Assembly: GCA_017557785.1 (NCBI GenBank)
Contig: JAFYYA010000069.1
Span: forward strand, 4,288 to 68,287
Length of the DNA stretch: 64,000 nt
Reading direction: 5' to 3'
Source: Salinivirgaceae bacterium
GTDB taxonomy: Bacteria; Bacteroidota; Bacteroidia; Bacteroidales; SZUA-534
Below the pieces are notes generated by a model. That model saw nothing but the letters and a program-made list of their open reading frames with translations. It ran no database searches and had not been told where the DNA came from. The position numbers were made by a program, and so were the translations under genes. Positions 55,506 through 64,000 of this stretch are shown in pieces (the first letter of the stretch is position 1; each line of letters starts with the position of its first letter).

Positions 55506-58500
55506 CTAAATCCTGATACCAATCACCAGAATATCGTCAATCTGATCGGTGTTGCCCTTGAACTCAAGGTGGATGCGGTTGAGTTCTTCGCCCTGCTGTT
55601 CCATCGGCAGAGTCCACAACTCGAGCAGGTGACGTTTGAACCGCGCCTTCATAAATTTCTTCTGTCCGTCTTCGCCACCGAACTGATCGCAGTAGCCGTC
55701 AGAGAAGAAGTAGTAGCAGTCGCCATTCTGCACGTCGATGGTCTGTGTGGTGAACATAATGCCCGATTTGTACTGGTCTGACAGGGCGCACGGGAATTTA
55801 TCAACCTTGAACTCATTCAACTCGCCGTTGCGTATCTGCAGCAGCGAGTTGTAGGCACCGGCGAACATCAGTTTTCCATTTTCTTTGTCGATGGTGAGCA
55901 TGCAGATATCCATACCATCTTTGGCCGCGTTTTCGCCTTTGTCGGCAAACGAGCGCACCACGCTTGCGCGAAGGTCGTTCAGAATTGCGCCGGGATCGAT
56001 GATGCCGCGCACTTTGACAATGGTGTTCAGTGAGTTCATGCCCAGCATACTCATCATTGCACCCGGAACGCCGTGGCCGGTGCAGTCGGCAGCGGTGATA
56101 ATCAGCTTGTTGTCTTTTTCGGCACACCAATAGAAGTCGCCGCTCACAATGTCGCGCGGTTTGAATAGGATGAACGACTCGCTTACGTAGTTGTTCACGA
56201 AATCGGTTTTCGGCAGCGACATACGCTGGATTCGTGCGGCATAGTTGATGCTGTCCGTCAGCGAATGGTTCTGCTCTTCAATCTTAACCAACTGTTCGTT
56301 GATTTGCTTTGTCTGGCGCTTCACTTCAAGGTCAAGCAGACGGTTGCGCTCTTTCAGTTGGTAGGTGTAGTATTTGATGATGCCAAAGACAGCGGCCACC
56401 AGCAGCAGTACATAAAAAATGTAGGCCACCACCGTGCGGTACCACGGCGGGCTGATGGTGAACGACAGTTCGGCGGTATCGCTCTCTTCGCCCAATGCGC
56501 TCACAGCCTTCACCATAAAGGTGTAGGTGCCTTCGGGCAGATGGGTGAACACAACCGAGTCGGCGCCTGTAATCTGCCAATCGTCAATGTATCCTTGAAG
56601 CGTGTATGAGAATTTGATTGATTCTGAATTTGGGAACCACGGTGCCGAGAAGGTGAACGTCAGCGTGTTGCGGCTGAACGGCAATTTAAGCCTGTCTTCT
56701 CTGATTGAGAGTACTGAGTCGTGGCTCACAAGCCTGCGGATGATACTGTAGTGCGGCGTCGACTTGATTACCGAAGAGTTGTCGCACAGAACAAGGCCTT
56801 CAGTGGTGCCAACCCACACCTGGCTGTTGTTGTTGGTGTAGATGGTATTGACTTTCCCGGCATCGAGCGCACCGAATTTCCGTGTGTGCAGCACCGTGTC
56901 ACCATCAATGTAGAACGATATGTCGGACCCGCGCGACAGCCATGTGATGGTGTCGTACTGCTTCAGCAGGTAGATGTTTTTCACAAGGTTGAGCTCTGCA
57001 TCGTCGAACAGGGCAATGGCCATATACTTGAGAGAGTCGGCCATTCTTTCGGCCATCTCTTCCTGACTGATATACTTGTAGATATGGTCTTTGTTGAGCA
57101 GATATACCGTGCCGTTATATTTCAGCGGCGATGTCATTCCTTCAACAATACCATTGATCTCATTGAAAACTAGCGGTTTCCAGTCGTCGCCATTGAACAG
57201 AATTCTGACGTAGCCTTGATTGCTGGTGCCGAGCCAGACCGCAAGGTGGCCGGCCGTGTCGATCTCGGTTTCCATACGGTTGAAACTATAGTTATCGGCC
57301 ACTACATCGAACATATTCACCCATAACCCATATTCGGCAATGTACTCAAAATACGACAGTCCACGCGTGCCGGCAGACAGAAGAACGTCCTTGTCGGCGC
57401 AGAACGACACGCAGCGTGCGTCAGCATCCGAAATCTTTTCAAATTTCCGGTTAGCCTGCATTCGGTATAGTCCGTCGTCGGTGCCGATGAACAGCGAGCC
57501 GTTGCCTTCATCCATCGACCAAACCGCCTGACGGATGCTCTCAACTGGTGTAAACAGCGGTTCGGTGAAGTCGGTCAGTTGTTTGTTCTGTACAAACAAG
57601 CCTTCCGATGTACCGACAAACAGCAGACCATTGTACTCATAAATGGCGTTCACGCTGCCGCTGATGCCGCTTTCCGCCGCAAAAACCGAGACGAAAAGGT
57701 TGTTCGACAGAAGGGTGATGCCCATTTTTGATGTAAACCAGATGTTACGCTCACGGTCGCAGAAAAGACTATTTATCTCGTTATAAATCAGTCCGTTCTT
57801 TATGTTTTTATGAAGCACGACTGTACCGTCGGTCTTTATCACCAGAATGCCGTTGTCGTACGAGCCCAGAACAAGAGTGGTGCTGTCGGGCATTACGCAA
57901 CTTGTCACACCGAAGCCAATTTTCTTCAGCGATTTGTTCAGTTTCGACGGGTTAGGCTTGACAACGTCGTTTTCCAAAACCCACGTTCCGTCTTCATAAC
58001 TTATAATCAACGATTTGCCATCTTCAATGGGCATGATGCCGAAGATGCCGATGTTGGCAAAGATCTCGCCGCCCGTAACCATTTTAATTTCGTTCGAGTC
58101 GATGCGCGCAAGTCCTATCTCGCGTTGGCGCACATAGAGTGACCCGTTGACACAGAACGAGTTATGGAAGAAAGTCTCAGCTTCAATGATGGTGATTTCC
58201 GAGCCATCGTAAACAAAAATGTAATCGGAACTTTGAAAATAGACCTTTCCGCTTATTTCATAAATGTTCCAGACATCGGAAAACGGGAAGATGTATTCGC
58301 GGATGCTGTCGGCAAGCGAAACATAGTTATACCGCGAGCCGGTATTGTCAGTTATAAGGAAGCCGAAATCGTTCTGTGAACCCACAAAAATGGTGTCGCC
58401 CGATTCCGATGGCAGTATCGATTTCACCCATACGCCCAGTTTCACTTCGAGCCTGTTCCAAACCTTGCCGTCGAATTCCCAGATGGCATTGGCCGAGCCG

Positions 58501-58670
58501 AAATACATCATTCCAAAGCGGTTTTGGGCAATGGCGTAATTCTCAACATCATAGTTTTTGCCATAGTCTTTAGGCCCGTAGTTCACCGGCGAGTAGTTCT
58601 TGATTTGCGCCTGTGCGCTTGCAGCCATCGCAATAGCAGCCGCCAAAACAAAAATTTTGAGTGCTCTCAT
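55506..58670 (-). CDS. Periplasmic beta-propeller/Y_Y_Y sensor, TM helix, coiled coil and PP2C (SpoIIE-type) phosphatase
   Basis: Signal peptide MRALKIFVLAAAIAMAASAQAQ. About 700 aa of two-component-regulator-propeller-like repeats are followed by an Ig-like Y_Y_Y segment (FSYTLQGYIDDWQ). Next come the TM helix VVAYIFYVLLLVAAVFGII and a coiled coil. The PP2C motifs are SGDFYW, AADCTGHGVPGAMMS, DGMDI and SDGYCDQ. The start was moved to ATG 58668-58670. Confidence 0.85.
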   Translation of the reverse strand: MRALKIFVLAAAIAMAASAQAQIKNYSPVNYGPKDYGKNYDVENYAIAQNRFGMMYFGSANAIWEFDGKVWNRLEVKLGVWVKSILPSESGDTIFVGSQNDFGFLITDNTGSRYNYVSLADSIREYIFPFSDVWNIYEISGKVYFQSSDYIFVYDGSEITIIEAETFFHNSFCVNGSLYVRQREIGLARIDSNEIKMVTGGEIFANIGIFGIMPIEDGKSLIISYEDGTWVLENDVVKPNPSKLNKSLKKIGFGVTSCVMPDSTTLVLGSYDNGILVIKTDGTVVLHKNIKNGLIYNEINSLFCDRERNIWFTSKMGITLLSNNLFVSVFAAESGISGSVNAIYEYNGLLFVGTSEGLFVQNKQLTDFTEPLFTPVESIRQAVWSMDEGNGSLFIGTDDGLYRMQANRKFEKISDADARCVSFCADKDVLLSAGTRGLSYFEYIAEYGLWVNMFDVVADNYSFNRMETEIDTAGHLAVWLGTSNQGYVRILFNGDDWKPLVFNEINGIVEGMTSPLKYNGTVYLLNKDHIYKYISQEEMAERMADSLKYMAIALFDDAELNLVKNIYLLKQYDTITWLSRGSDISFYIDGDTVLHTRKFGALDAGKVNTIYTNNNSQVWVGTTEGLVLCDNSSVIKSTPHYSIIRRLVSHDSVLSIREDRLKLPFSRNTLTFTFSAPWFPNSESIKFSYTLQGYIDDWQITGADSVVFTHLPEGTYTFMVKAVSALGEESDTAELSFTISPPWYRTVVAYIFYVLLLVAAVFGIIKYYTYQLKERNRLLDLEVKRQTKQINEQLVKIEEQNHSLTDSINYAARIQRMSLPKTDFVNNYVSESFILFKPRDIVSGDFYWCAEKDNKLIITAADCTGHGVPGAMMSMLGMNSLNTIVKVRGIIDPGAILNDLRASVVRSFADKGENAAKDGMDICMLTIDKENGKLMFAGAYNSLLQIRNGELNEFKVDKFPCALSDQYKSGIMFTTQTIDVQNGDCYYFFSDGYCDQFGGEDGQKKFMKARFKRHLLELWTLPMEQQGEELNRIHLEFKGNTDQIDDILVIGIRI

Positions 58671-58719
58671 TGTCTGAAAATTATCTACCAAAGATGCACA
58701 AATTTATTTACAATCGGGC

Positions 58720-58727
58720 TACCTTTG
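58720..58727 (+). promoter_or_regulatory. Putative -7 promoter box TACCTTTG
   Basis: TAnnTTTG match 29 nt upstream of ATG 58756. Confidence 0.4.
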
Positions 58728-58755
58728 CTCTTCGGAACAAAAAAACACAAGAACT

Positions 58756-59103
58756 ATGAAAATAGCAATCCCCACACGCGATGGCGTTGTCGACGACCAT
58801 TTCGGACACTGCAAGGAATACACCGTTTATTCGGTTGAAAACAAACAAATTACCGGCACAGAGACCGTTCCATCGCCCGAAGGCTGCGGCTGCAAGAGCA
58901 ACATTGCCTTCACGCTTCGGCAGATGGGTGTGAACGTGATGCTTGCCGGCAATATGGGCGACGGCGCGCTAAACGTGCTCAACGCGCAGAATATTATGGT
59001 GATTCGCGGCTGCTCGGGCAACGTGAAAGAAGTAGCAGAATCCTACCTAAACGGCACATTGGCCGATTCAGGCATCGGCTGCCAGCACCACGAGTGTCAT
59101 TAA
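58756..59103 (+). CDS. NifB/NifX-family (dinitrogenase FeMo-cofactor-binding-like) small protein
   Basis: MKIAIPTRDGVVDDHFGHCKEYTVY...VNVMLAGNMGDGALNVLNAQNIMVIRG is the typical Nitro_FeMo-Co domain pattern. Confidence 0.7.
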   Translation: MKIAIPTRDGVVDDHFGHCKEYTVYSVENKQITGTETVPSPEGCGCKSNIAFTLRQMGVNVMLAGNMGDGALNVLNAQNIMVIRGCSGNVKEVAESYLNGTLADSGIGCQHHECH

Positions 59104-59310
59104 AGGGTTTAATCGGTTAACTGGTGAATCGGTGAATCGGTGAATCGAAAGGGTGAGAGTTTAGTGGTGAGAGTTGAGAAGGTTTAGTTTAATTTAGCGC
59201 TTTGCTGTTTAGTTTGTGATTAGATAAGAATCTGCGTTAATCTGTTAAATCTGTGTTCCCGACAGCTATCGGGGCTGCGTTCAAATCAAAATTCAAAAAT
59301 CAAAAATACC
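59104..59310. repeat. Intergenic spacer composed of stuttered short words
   Basis: GGTGAATC occurs 3 times (59123-59146) and GGTGAGAGTT twice. GTTTAGTTT occurs twice and AATCTG three times. TCAAA(A)AT occurs three times, and there is also a CCCGA/TCGGG hairpin. Confidence 0.75.
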
Positions 59311-61131
59311 TTGCAATCCCCCGACGAACATATTGCCCGCCTGAAAGAACTGGTTGCCGTGCTGCCCGAGAGCCCTGGCGTTTACCAGTATCTCGACAAG
59401 AACGGAACCATCATCTACGTTGGCAAGGCCAAACGGCTGAAGCGGCGTGTGTCGTCGTACTTCAACAAGTATCAGGACCGCGCCAAGGTGCGGATTCTAG
59501 TGCGTAACATTGCCGACATCAAACACATTGTAGTTGATACAGAGCAAGATGCGCTGCTGCTCGAGAACAACCTGATAAAGAAATACCAGCCGCGCTACAA
59601 CTCGCTGCTGAAAGACGACAAGACCTATCCGTGGATTTGCATCAAGAACGAGCCGTTCCCGCGCATCTTCTCAACGCGGAACTTCATCCGCGACGGCTCG
59701 TCGTACTTTGGGCCGTACACGTCGGGCTTTGCGCTGAAAACGCTGCTCGACCTTATCCGCCAACTCTACCCGCTGCGCACCTGCGCCCTAAACCTGAGCC
59801 GCGACGCCATTGCCAAAGGCCGCTACAAAATCTGCCTTGAGCACCACATCGGCAACTGCCTGGGCCCCTGCGAGGGACTGCAGTCGGAGGATGATTACGC
59901 CGAGGCCATCAGCAACATAAAAGAGATTCTGAAGGGCAACTCGAACGCCGTCATCGACCTGCTAAAGACTAAAATGAATGCTTTAAGTAAGGAGTATAAA
60001 TTTGAAGAGGCACAGAAGATTAAGAACAAAATCGATAAGTTGTCGGAGTTTCAGAGCAAATCGACGGTTGTGAGCCCCACAATCCACAATGTTGATGTAT
60101 TTTCGATTATCGATGACGACGACTGCGCCTACATCAATTTTATGAAGGTGGTGAACGGCGCCATTGTGCAGGTGCACACCTTCGAAATGAGGAAACGGAT
60201 TGAGGAGGAACTCGACTCGCTGCTGCTATCGGTCATTGAGGAGGCGCGGCAACGGCGGCTGAGCACCTCGGCAGAGATTATTGTGCCGTTCGAAATCGAC
60301 TTCAGCCTCGACAACATAAACTTTGTTGTTCCGCAGCGCGGCGACAAGAAAAAACTGCTTGAACTGTGCGAGAAAAACGCGCACATGTACGCCGTTGAGA
60401 AACTCAAGCGCAGCGCCCTGCACAACCGTAACAATCCTATCGACCTGCTGGTGTCGGTTCAGAAAAAACTGCATCTGCCCAACATTCCGCGCTACATAGA
60501 GATTTTCGACAACTCAAACATTCAGGGCGCGTTTCCGGTTGCCGCCTGCGTTGTTTATAAAGACGGAAAGCCGTCGAAAAAAGACTACCGGCTGTTCAAC
60601 ATAAAAACTGTTGAGGGTCCCGACGATTACGCCTCAATGTTTGAAGTGGTAAACCGCCGCTACTCCCGTCTTATGGCCGAGGCGCAACCCCTGCCCGACC
60701 TGATTGTCGCCGACGGCGGTGTGGGGCAAATGGAGTCAATCCGTCAGGCTACGGAAGACGCTCTCGGGTTGAATATTCCCATACTGGGGCTTGCCAAAAA
60801 CGACAAGCACTCAACCAACGAACTTCTAATCGGATTTCCGCCGAAACACATTGAGATACGCCGTACCGACGACATTTTCCGATTCTTTGCAGGAATGCAG
60901 GAGGATGTTCACCGCGCGGCCATCACCTTCCACCGCAACAAACGCTCAAAAGCATTCCTTGTGTCAGAACTCGACGGCATCAAAGGCATCGGCGACAAGA
61001 CCAAGGAAGCGCTCTTCAGCGAACTGAAAACCGTTGACGCAATGCGCGCCGCGTCACTCGAAACGCTCGAAAAGATTATCGGTCACGCCAAGGCGGTGAT
61101 TGTGAGAGAGTATTTTGATGGGAACAAGTAA
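59311..61131 (+). CDS. uvrC: Excinuclease ABC subunit C
   Basis: GIY-YIG N-terminus (PGVYQYLDKNGTIIYVGKAKRLKRRVSSYF). A UVR motif (YKFEEAQKIKNKIDKL), an RNase-H-like endonuclease domain and C-terminal (HhH)2 are also present. The apparent start is TTG at 59311, with no in-frame ATG nearby. Confidence 0.93.
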   Translation: MQSPDEHIARLKELVAVLPESPGVYQYLDKNGTIIYVGKAKRLKRRVSSYFNKYQDRAKVRILVRNIADIKHIVVDTEQDALLLENNLIKKYQPRYNSLLKDDKTYPWICIKNEPFPRIFSTRNFIRDGSSYFGPYTSGFALKTLLDLIRQLYPLRTCALNLSRDAIAKGRYKICLEHHIGNCLGPCEGLQSEDDYAEAISNIKEILKGNSNAVIDLLKTKMNALSKEYKFEEAQKIKNKIDKLSEFQSKSTVVSPTIHNVDVFSIIDDDDCAYINFMKVVNGAIVQVHTFEMRKRIEEELDSLLLSVIEEARQRRLSTSAEIIVPFEIDFSLDNINFVVPQRGDKKKLLELCEKNAHMYAVEKLKRSALHNRNNPIDLLVSVQKKLHLPNIPRYIEIFDNSNIQGAFPVAACVVYKDGKPSKKDYRLFNIKTVEGPDDYASMFEVVNRRYSRLMAEAQPLPDLIVADGGVGQMESIRQATEDALGLNIPILGLAKNDKHSTNELLIGFPPKHIEIRRTDDIFRFFAGMQEDVHRAAITFHRNKRSKAFLVSELDGIKGIGDKTKEALFSELKTVDAMRAASLETLEKIIGHAKAVIVREYFDGNK

Positions 61132-61286
61132 AACGGTCTATGCACCGCTCTACGTGTGGCACCCTACTCTTATTCCATATTTTTTCAATATCAGTGTAAC
61201 AACTCATTTTATGGCGCGTCATTTGTGTGTGAAATAAAAAGAACGTTGCGGCTAACCGCAATTAGCAACTTTTAAAACAACTTATT

Positions 61287-62183
61287 ATGAAAATGACAGT
61301 TAAGATTTCAATGATTTGCGCCGCACTGATGGCGGCAACATCAGTTTTTGCAGAGCCATATACGGCCGACAGCACTATCGCGGATGCCAAAATCAATGAT
61401 AAACAGATTAAGACACACACCGACTCCGCCAGCCACTTCTATTTTGGCCGGCGCGAAGTTATCGTGGACAACAGCGGCATCCACTTCGTCAAAACCCACT
61501 CAAGCAACTTCGATGACGATTTCGAAGACAACTACTACCACAAGTACGGATTTTCGTGGTTCAATATGTACGAAGACACGCATGTCGATGCGTTCGACTT
61601 TGGAATGACAGGCTATGGCTCAAAAATATTCTCAACCAATATTGTCGACAGCGCCAGCTTTATGGAGCTGAACCGCGGATTCCACATTGCCTTTGGCCTT
61701 TGCGAGACAACGCTGCCGATTGTGGAGAACAAACTTTATTTAGGAACTGACATCGGTTTGAAGTTCGACATCTACTCGTTTTCGAACAACGATATGATTC
61801 TGAGCAAAGGACCTACACGTTTGGTTTATAGTCACGACACCGCAACAAGTTACAGCAAGAGCAAGCTGCGCTGCACCTATCTGACAGTTCCACTTGTTAT
61901 GGAATGGCAATTGGGCGACGACGATGATTTCTACATTCTGGCCGGCGTTGAGGGCAACCTGCGCATCGGCTCATCGACAAAAACCAAAACAACATCAGGC
62001 TATAAGGAAAAACACCGCAACGATTTGTATATTAATCGCTTCAACTACAATCTTGTGGCACGAGTTGGAATAAAAGGTGTGGGAGTGTTTGTGAAAGCCA
62101 ATATGTCGCCGCTTTTCCGCGACGGCAAAGGCCCCGAGCTCTATCCCTTCTCGGCCGGCATAAGTTTAGGCGGGTTCGATTAA
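61287..62183 (+). CDS. Outer-membrane beta-barrel protein (porin-like), paralog 1
   Basis: Signal peptide, then alternating-hydrophobic beta-strand pattern and a C-terminal ...KGPELYPFSAGISLGGF. Confidence 0.55.
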   Translation: MKMTVKISMICAALMAATSVFAEPYTADSTIADAKINDKQIKTHTDSASHFYFGRREVIVDNSGIHFVKTHSSNFDDDFEDNYYHKYGFSWFNMYEDTHVDAFDFGMTGYGSKIFSTNIVDSASFMELNRGFHIAFGLCETTLPIVENKLYLGTDIGLKFDIYSFSNNDMILSKGPTRLVYSHDTATSYSKSKLRCTYLTVPLVMEWQLGDDDDFYILAGVEGNLRIGSSTKTKTTSGYKEKHRNDLYINRFNYNLVARVGIKGVGVFVKANMSPLFRDGKGPELYPFSAGISLGGFD

Positions 62184-62212
62184 ACATATTACTCATTTAA
62201 AAAAAGAATCGT

Positions 62213-63133
62213 ATGAAAGCAATAATGAAACTTACAATGACCGGTGTCGCACTAATAGCCGCGACATCGCTGTTTGCGGAAACCGAAATTGCGATTGATG
62301 AAAGTTTTGCCGGCGACTCGCTCAACATACAAACCAATGACGCTGTCAAGAGTTACCATTTCGGCCGCCGCGAGGTGATTTTCGACGACAACGGAATCCA
62401 CTTCATAAAAGACCGTAACAACTTCGACAGCAGTTTCGACGACGATGACCAGAAAGCACCTTTTACTAACAACAACTACCAAGGCGGATACACACCAACT
62501 ACAAACAATCAGAGCAAACCAAAACCGAAAAAATACCGCCACTTCAGTTCCAGTCTGTCGTCACTCGATTTGGGTGTAGTGCAATTTGCTTCAAATCCGT
62601 TTTCAGTCAATCTCGATGACGATGCCAACTATATGGACAACCGCGGATTCCAGCTCTACTGTGCTGATGCCGTAGGCCTGCCAATCATCGACCGCCATTT
62701 GGGATTCTGCATCGGCGTTGGTGCGAAAATCGATTTCTACACATTTTCGAATAAAAACCTGGTGCTCGAGAAAGGCAAAAACCATCTGGTTTACTACACC
62801 GACACCGTGCAATCGTACAAGAAAAGCAAGTTGACAAACACCTATCTGACTGTGCCCATGGCCATTGAAGTGCACGCAAAAGGTGCTTGGATGCTGGCAG
62901 GCGTTGAGGGCAATCTGCTTTTGTGGTCGAACACGAAAATGAAAACAACATCGGGCGAGAAGAACAGAACGCACTCGAATTTCTACCAGAACTTGTTCAG
63001 TTACAATCTGCTGGTAAAAGTCGGTGTTGACTGCGTAGGAGCATATGTGCGCGCCAACATGTCGCCGATGTTCCAAAAAGACAAGGGGCCTGAGCTTTAT
63101 CCGTTCTCGGCAGGTGTGTCTTTCTGGTTCTAA
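62213..63133 (+). CDS. Outer-membrane beta-barrel protein, paralog 2 (tandem duplicate)
   Basis: It shares with paralog 1 the blocks HF(Y)FGRREVI.D..GIHF.K, SKLR/T.TYLTVP, LAGVEGNL, KTTSG and ANMSP.F...KGPELYPFSAG. It also carries an extra N/Q/K-rich insert (…NNNYQGGYTPTTNNQSKPKPKKY…). Confidence 0.55.
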   Translation: MKAIMKLTMTGVALIAATSLFAETEIAIDESFAGDSLNIQTNDAVKSYHFGRREVIFDDNGIHFIKDRNNFDSSFDDDDQKAPFTNNNYQGGYTPTTNNQSKPKPKKYRHFSSSLSSLDLGVVQFASNPFSVNLDDDANYMDNRGFQLYCADAVGLPIIDRHLGFCIGVGAKIDFYTFSNKNLVLEKGKNHLVYYTDTVQSYKKSKLTNTYLTVPMAIEVHAKGAWMLAGVEGNLLLWSNTKMKTTSGEKNRTHSNFYQNLFSYNLLVKVGVDCVGAYVRANMSPMFQKDKGPELYPFSAGVSFWF

Positions 63134-63247
63134 ATCGTTTAACTTGTTTAAAAACAATAAACTGACAATTTGTTTCGTTTTTCGTTACAATTTCAGTAAT
63201 CATCGCTATCTTGCGTTGATTTTAAACAACTTTAAAACCGCATTAAA

Positions 63248-64000
63248 ATGAAACAACTGACACTTATTGCGGCCATTGCCGCAAGCATGCTGATGCCATC
63301 GCAGATGAAGGCGCAGCAAGTGCCGCAACTTCCGCTCGACACAGCGGTGGTTTTCGGCAAACTGCCCAACGGGCTGACTTATTACATCCGCCACAACGAG
63401 GAACCGCGTGAGCGCGTCTATTTCTACATTGCGCAACGTGTGGGCTCAGTGCAGGAGGAAGAAGATCAGCGCGGTCTGGCTCACTTTCTGGAGCACATGT
63501 GCTTCAACGGAACCACACACTTCCCCGGCGACTCGATTGTTAAATACTGCGAGAGCATTGGTGTGAAATTCGGCAACAACCTGAACGCTTACACCAGCAC
63601 CGATGAGACAGTGTATAACATTGACGATGTGCCGGTCAACGACAACAACATCGACTCGTGCCTGCTCATCCTTCGCGACTGGTCAGACGGTCTTCTGCTG
63701 CTACCCAATGAAATTGACAAGGAGCGCGGCGTGATTCACGAGGAATGGCGTATGCGCACCAGCCCGCAGATGCGAATACTGAACCGCAACCTGGAGACAC
63801 TCTACCCCAACTCTCGCTACGGCAAGCGCATGCCGATTGGCCTGATGAGCGTGGTTGACAATTTTGAACCGCAAACCCTTCGCAACTACTACGAAAAATG
63901 GTACCGTCCTGACCTTCAGGGAATTATTGTAGTGGGAGATATTGATGCTAAAAATGTCGAGAAACGCATCCAGAAACTATTCGGCGATGTGCAGATGCCT
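63248..64000 (+). CDS. M16-family (pitrilysin/insulinase-like) zinc peptidase; C-terminal part beyond the window
   Basis: Not in the ORF track because it is edge-truncated. My translation from ATG 63248 reads MKQLTLIAAIAASMLMPSQMKAQ...LPNGLTYYIRHN...GLAHFLEHMCFNGT. This contains the inverted HxxEH zinc motif. Confidence 0.85.
   Translation, partial: MKQLTLIAAIAASMLMPSQMKAQQVPQLPLDTAVVFGKLPNGLTYYIRHNEEPRERVYFYIAQRVGSVQEEEDQRGLAHFLEHMCFNGTTHFPGDSIVKYCESIGVKFGNNLNAYTSTDETVYNIDDVPVNDNNIDSCLLILRDWSDGLLLLPNEIDKERGVIHEEWRMRTSPQMRILNRNLETLYPNSRYGKRMPIGLMSVVDNFEPQTLRNYYEKWYRPDLQGIIVVGDIDAKNVEKRIQKLFGDVQMP

Overview
This 64 kb window is a chromosomal segment of a Bacteroidota (Bacteroidales-like) genome. 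The taxon call rests on gene content (TonB-dependent receptor, ExbB/ExbD cluster, GldA/GldE-like genes, three-domain IspG, large single-chain PurL) and on repeated TAnnTTTG -7 promoter boxes 20-50 nt upstream of start codons.

I can support about 50 protein genes, one tRNA-Ser(GGA), one TPP riboswitch, several rho-independent terminators and several families of short intergenic repeats. I found no CRISPR array, rRNA, transposase or integrase. The ORF track uses alternative start codons and omits edge-truncated genes, so I re-picked several starts and added two partial genes by my own translation (fcl at the left edge, an M16 peptidase at the right edge).

Most of the window is housekeeping: gmd/fcl, rplU-rpmA, serS, coaX, rpiB, ispG, ribE, purL, proA, uvrC. 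Four loci stand out:

1. **46156-55476, exported TPR-CHAT operon.** A TPR-CHAT (caspase-fold) protease sits in a tight cluster with a PD40/OmpA-type peptidoglycan anchor and two unknown proteins, and all four carry signal peptides. The cluster converges on a periplasmic beta-propeller sensor fused to a PP2C/SpoIIE phosphatase (55506-58670). This is my top candidate for an undescribed system.
2. **6184-11403, lower-GC defence-like islet.** It holds an orphan vsr, then an XRE regulator, a PD-(D/E)XK nuclease fused to a DUF2075-type SF1 helicase, and a MutT/NudG-like Nudix in one cassette, followed by an AAA_14/DUF4143 ATPase.
3. **815-1327, GxxExxY cassette.** A very AT-rich GxxExxY (PD-(D/E)XK-fold) ORF bracketed by perfect inverted repeats is inserted exactly in the gmd-fcl spacer.
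4. **Unusual intergenic DNA.** This includes a composite repeat present twice about 11 kb apart, GTCCCTAC-type hairpins, and spacers built almost entirely of 2-4x stuttered 7-10 nt words.

All homology calls are from motif recognition by eye. No database search was run.
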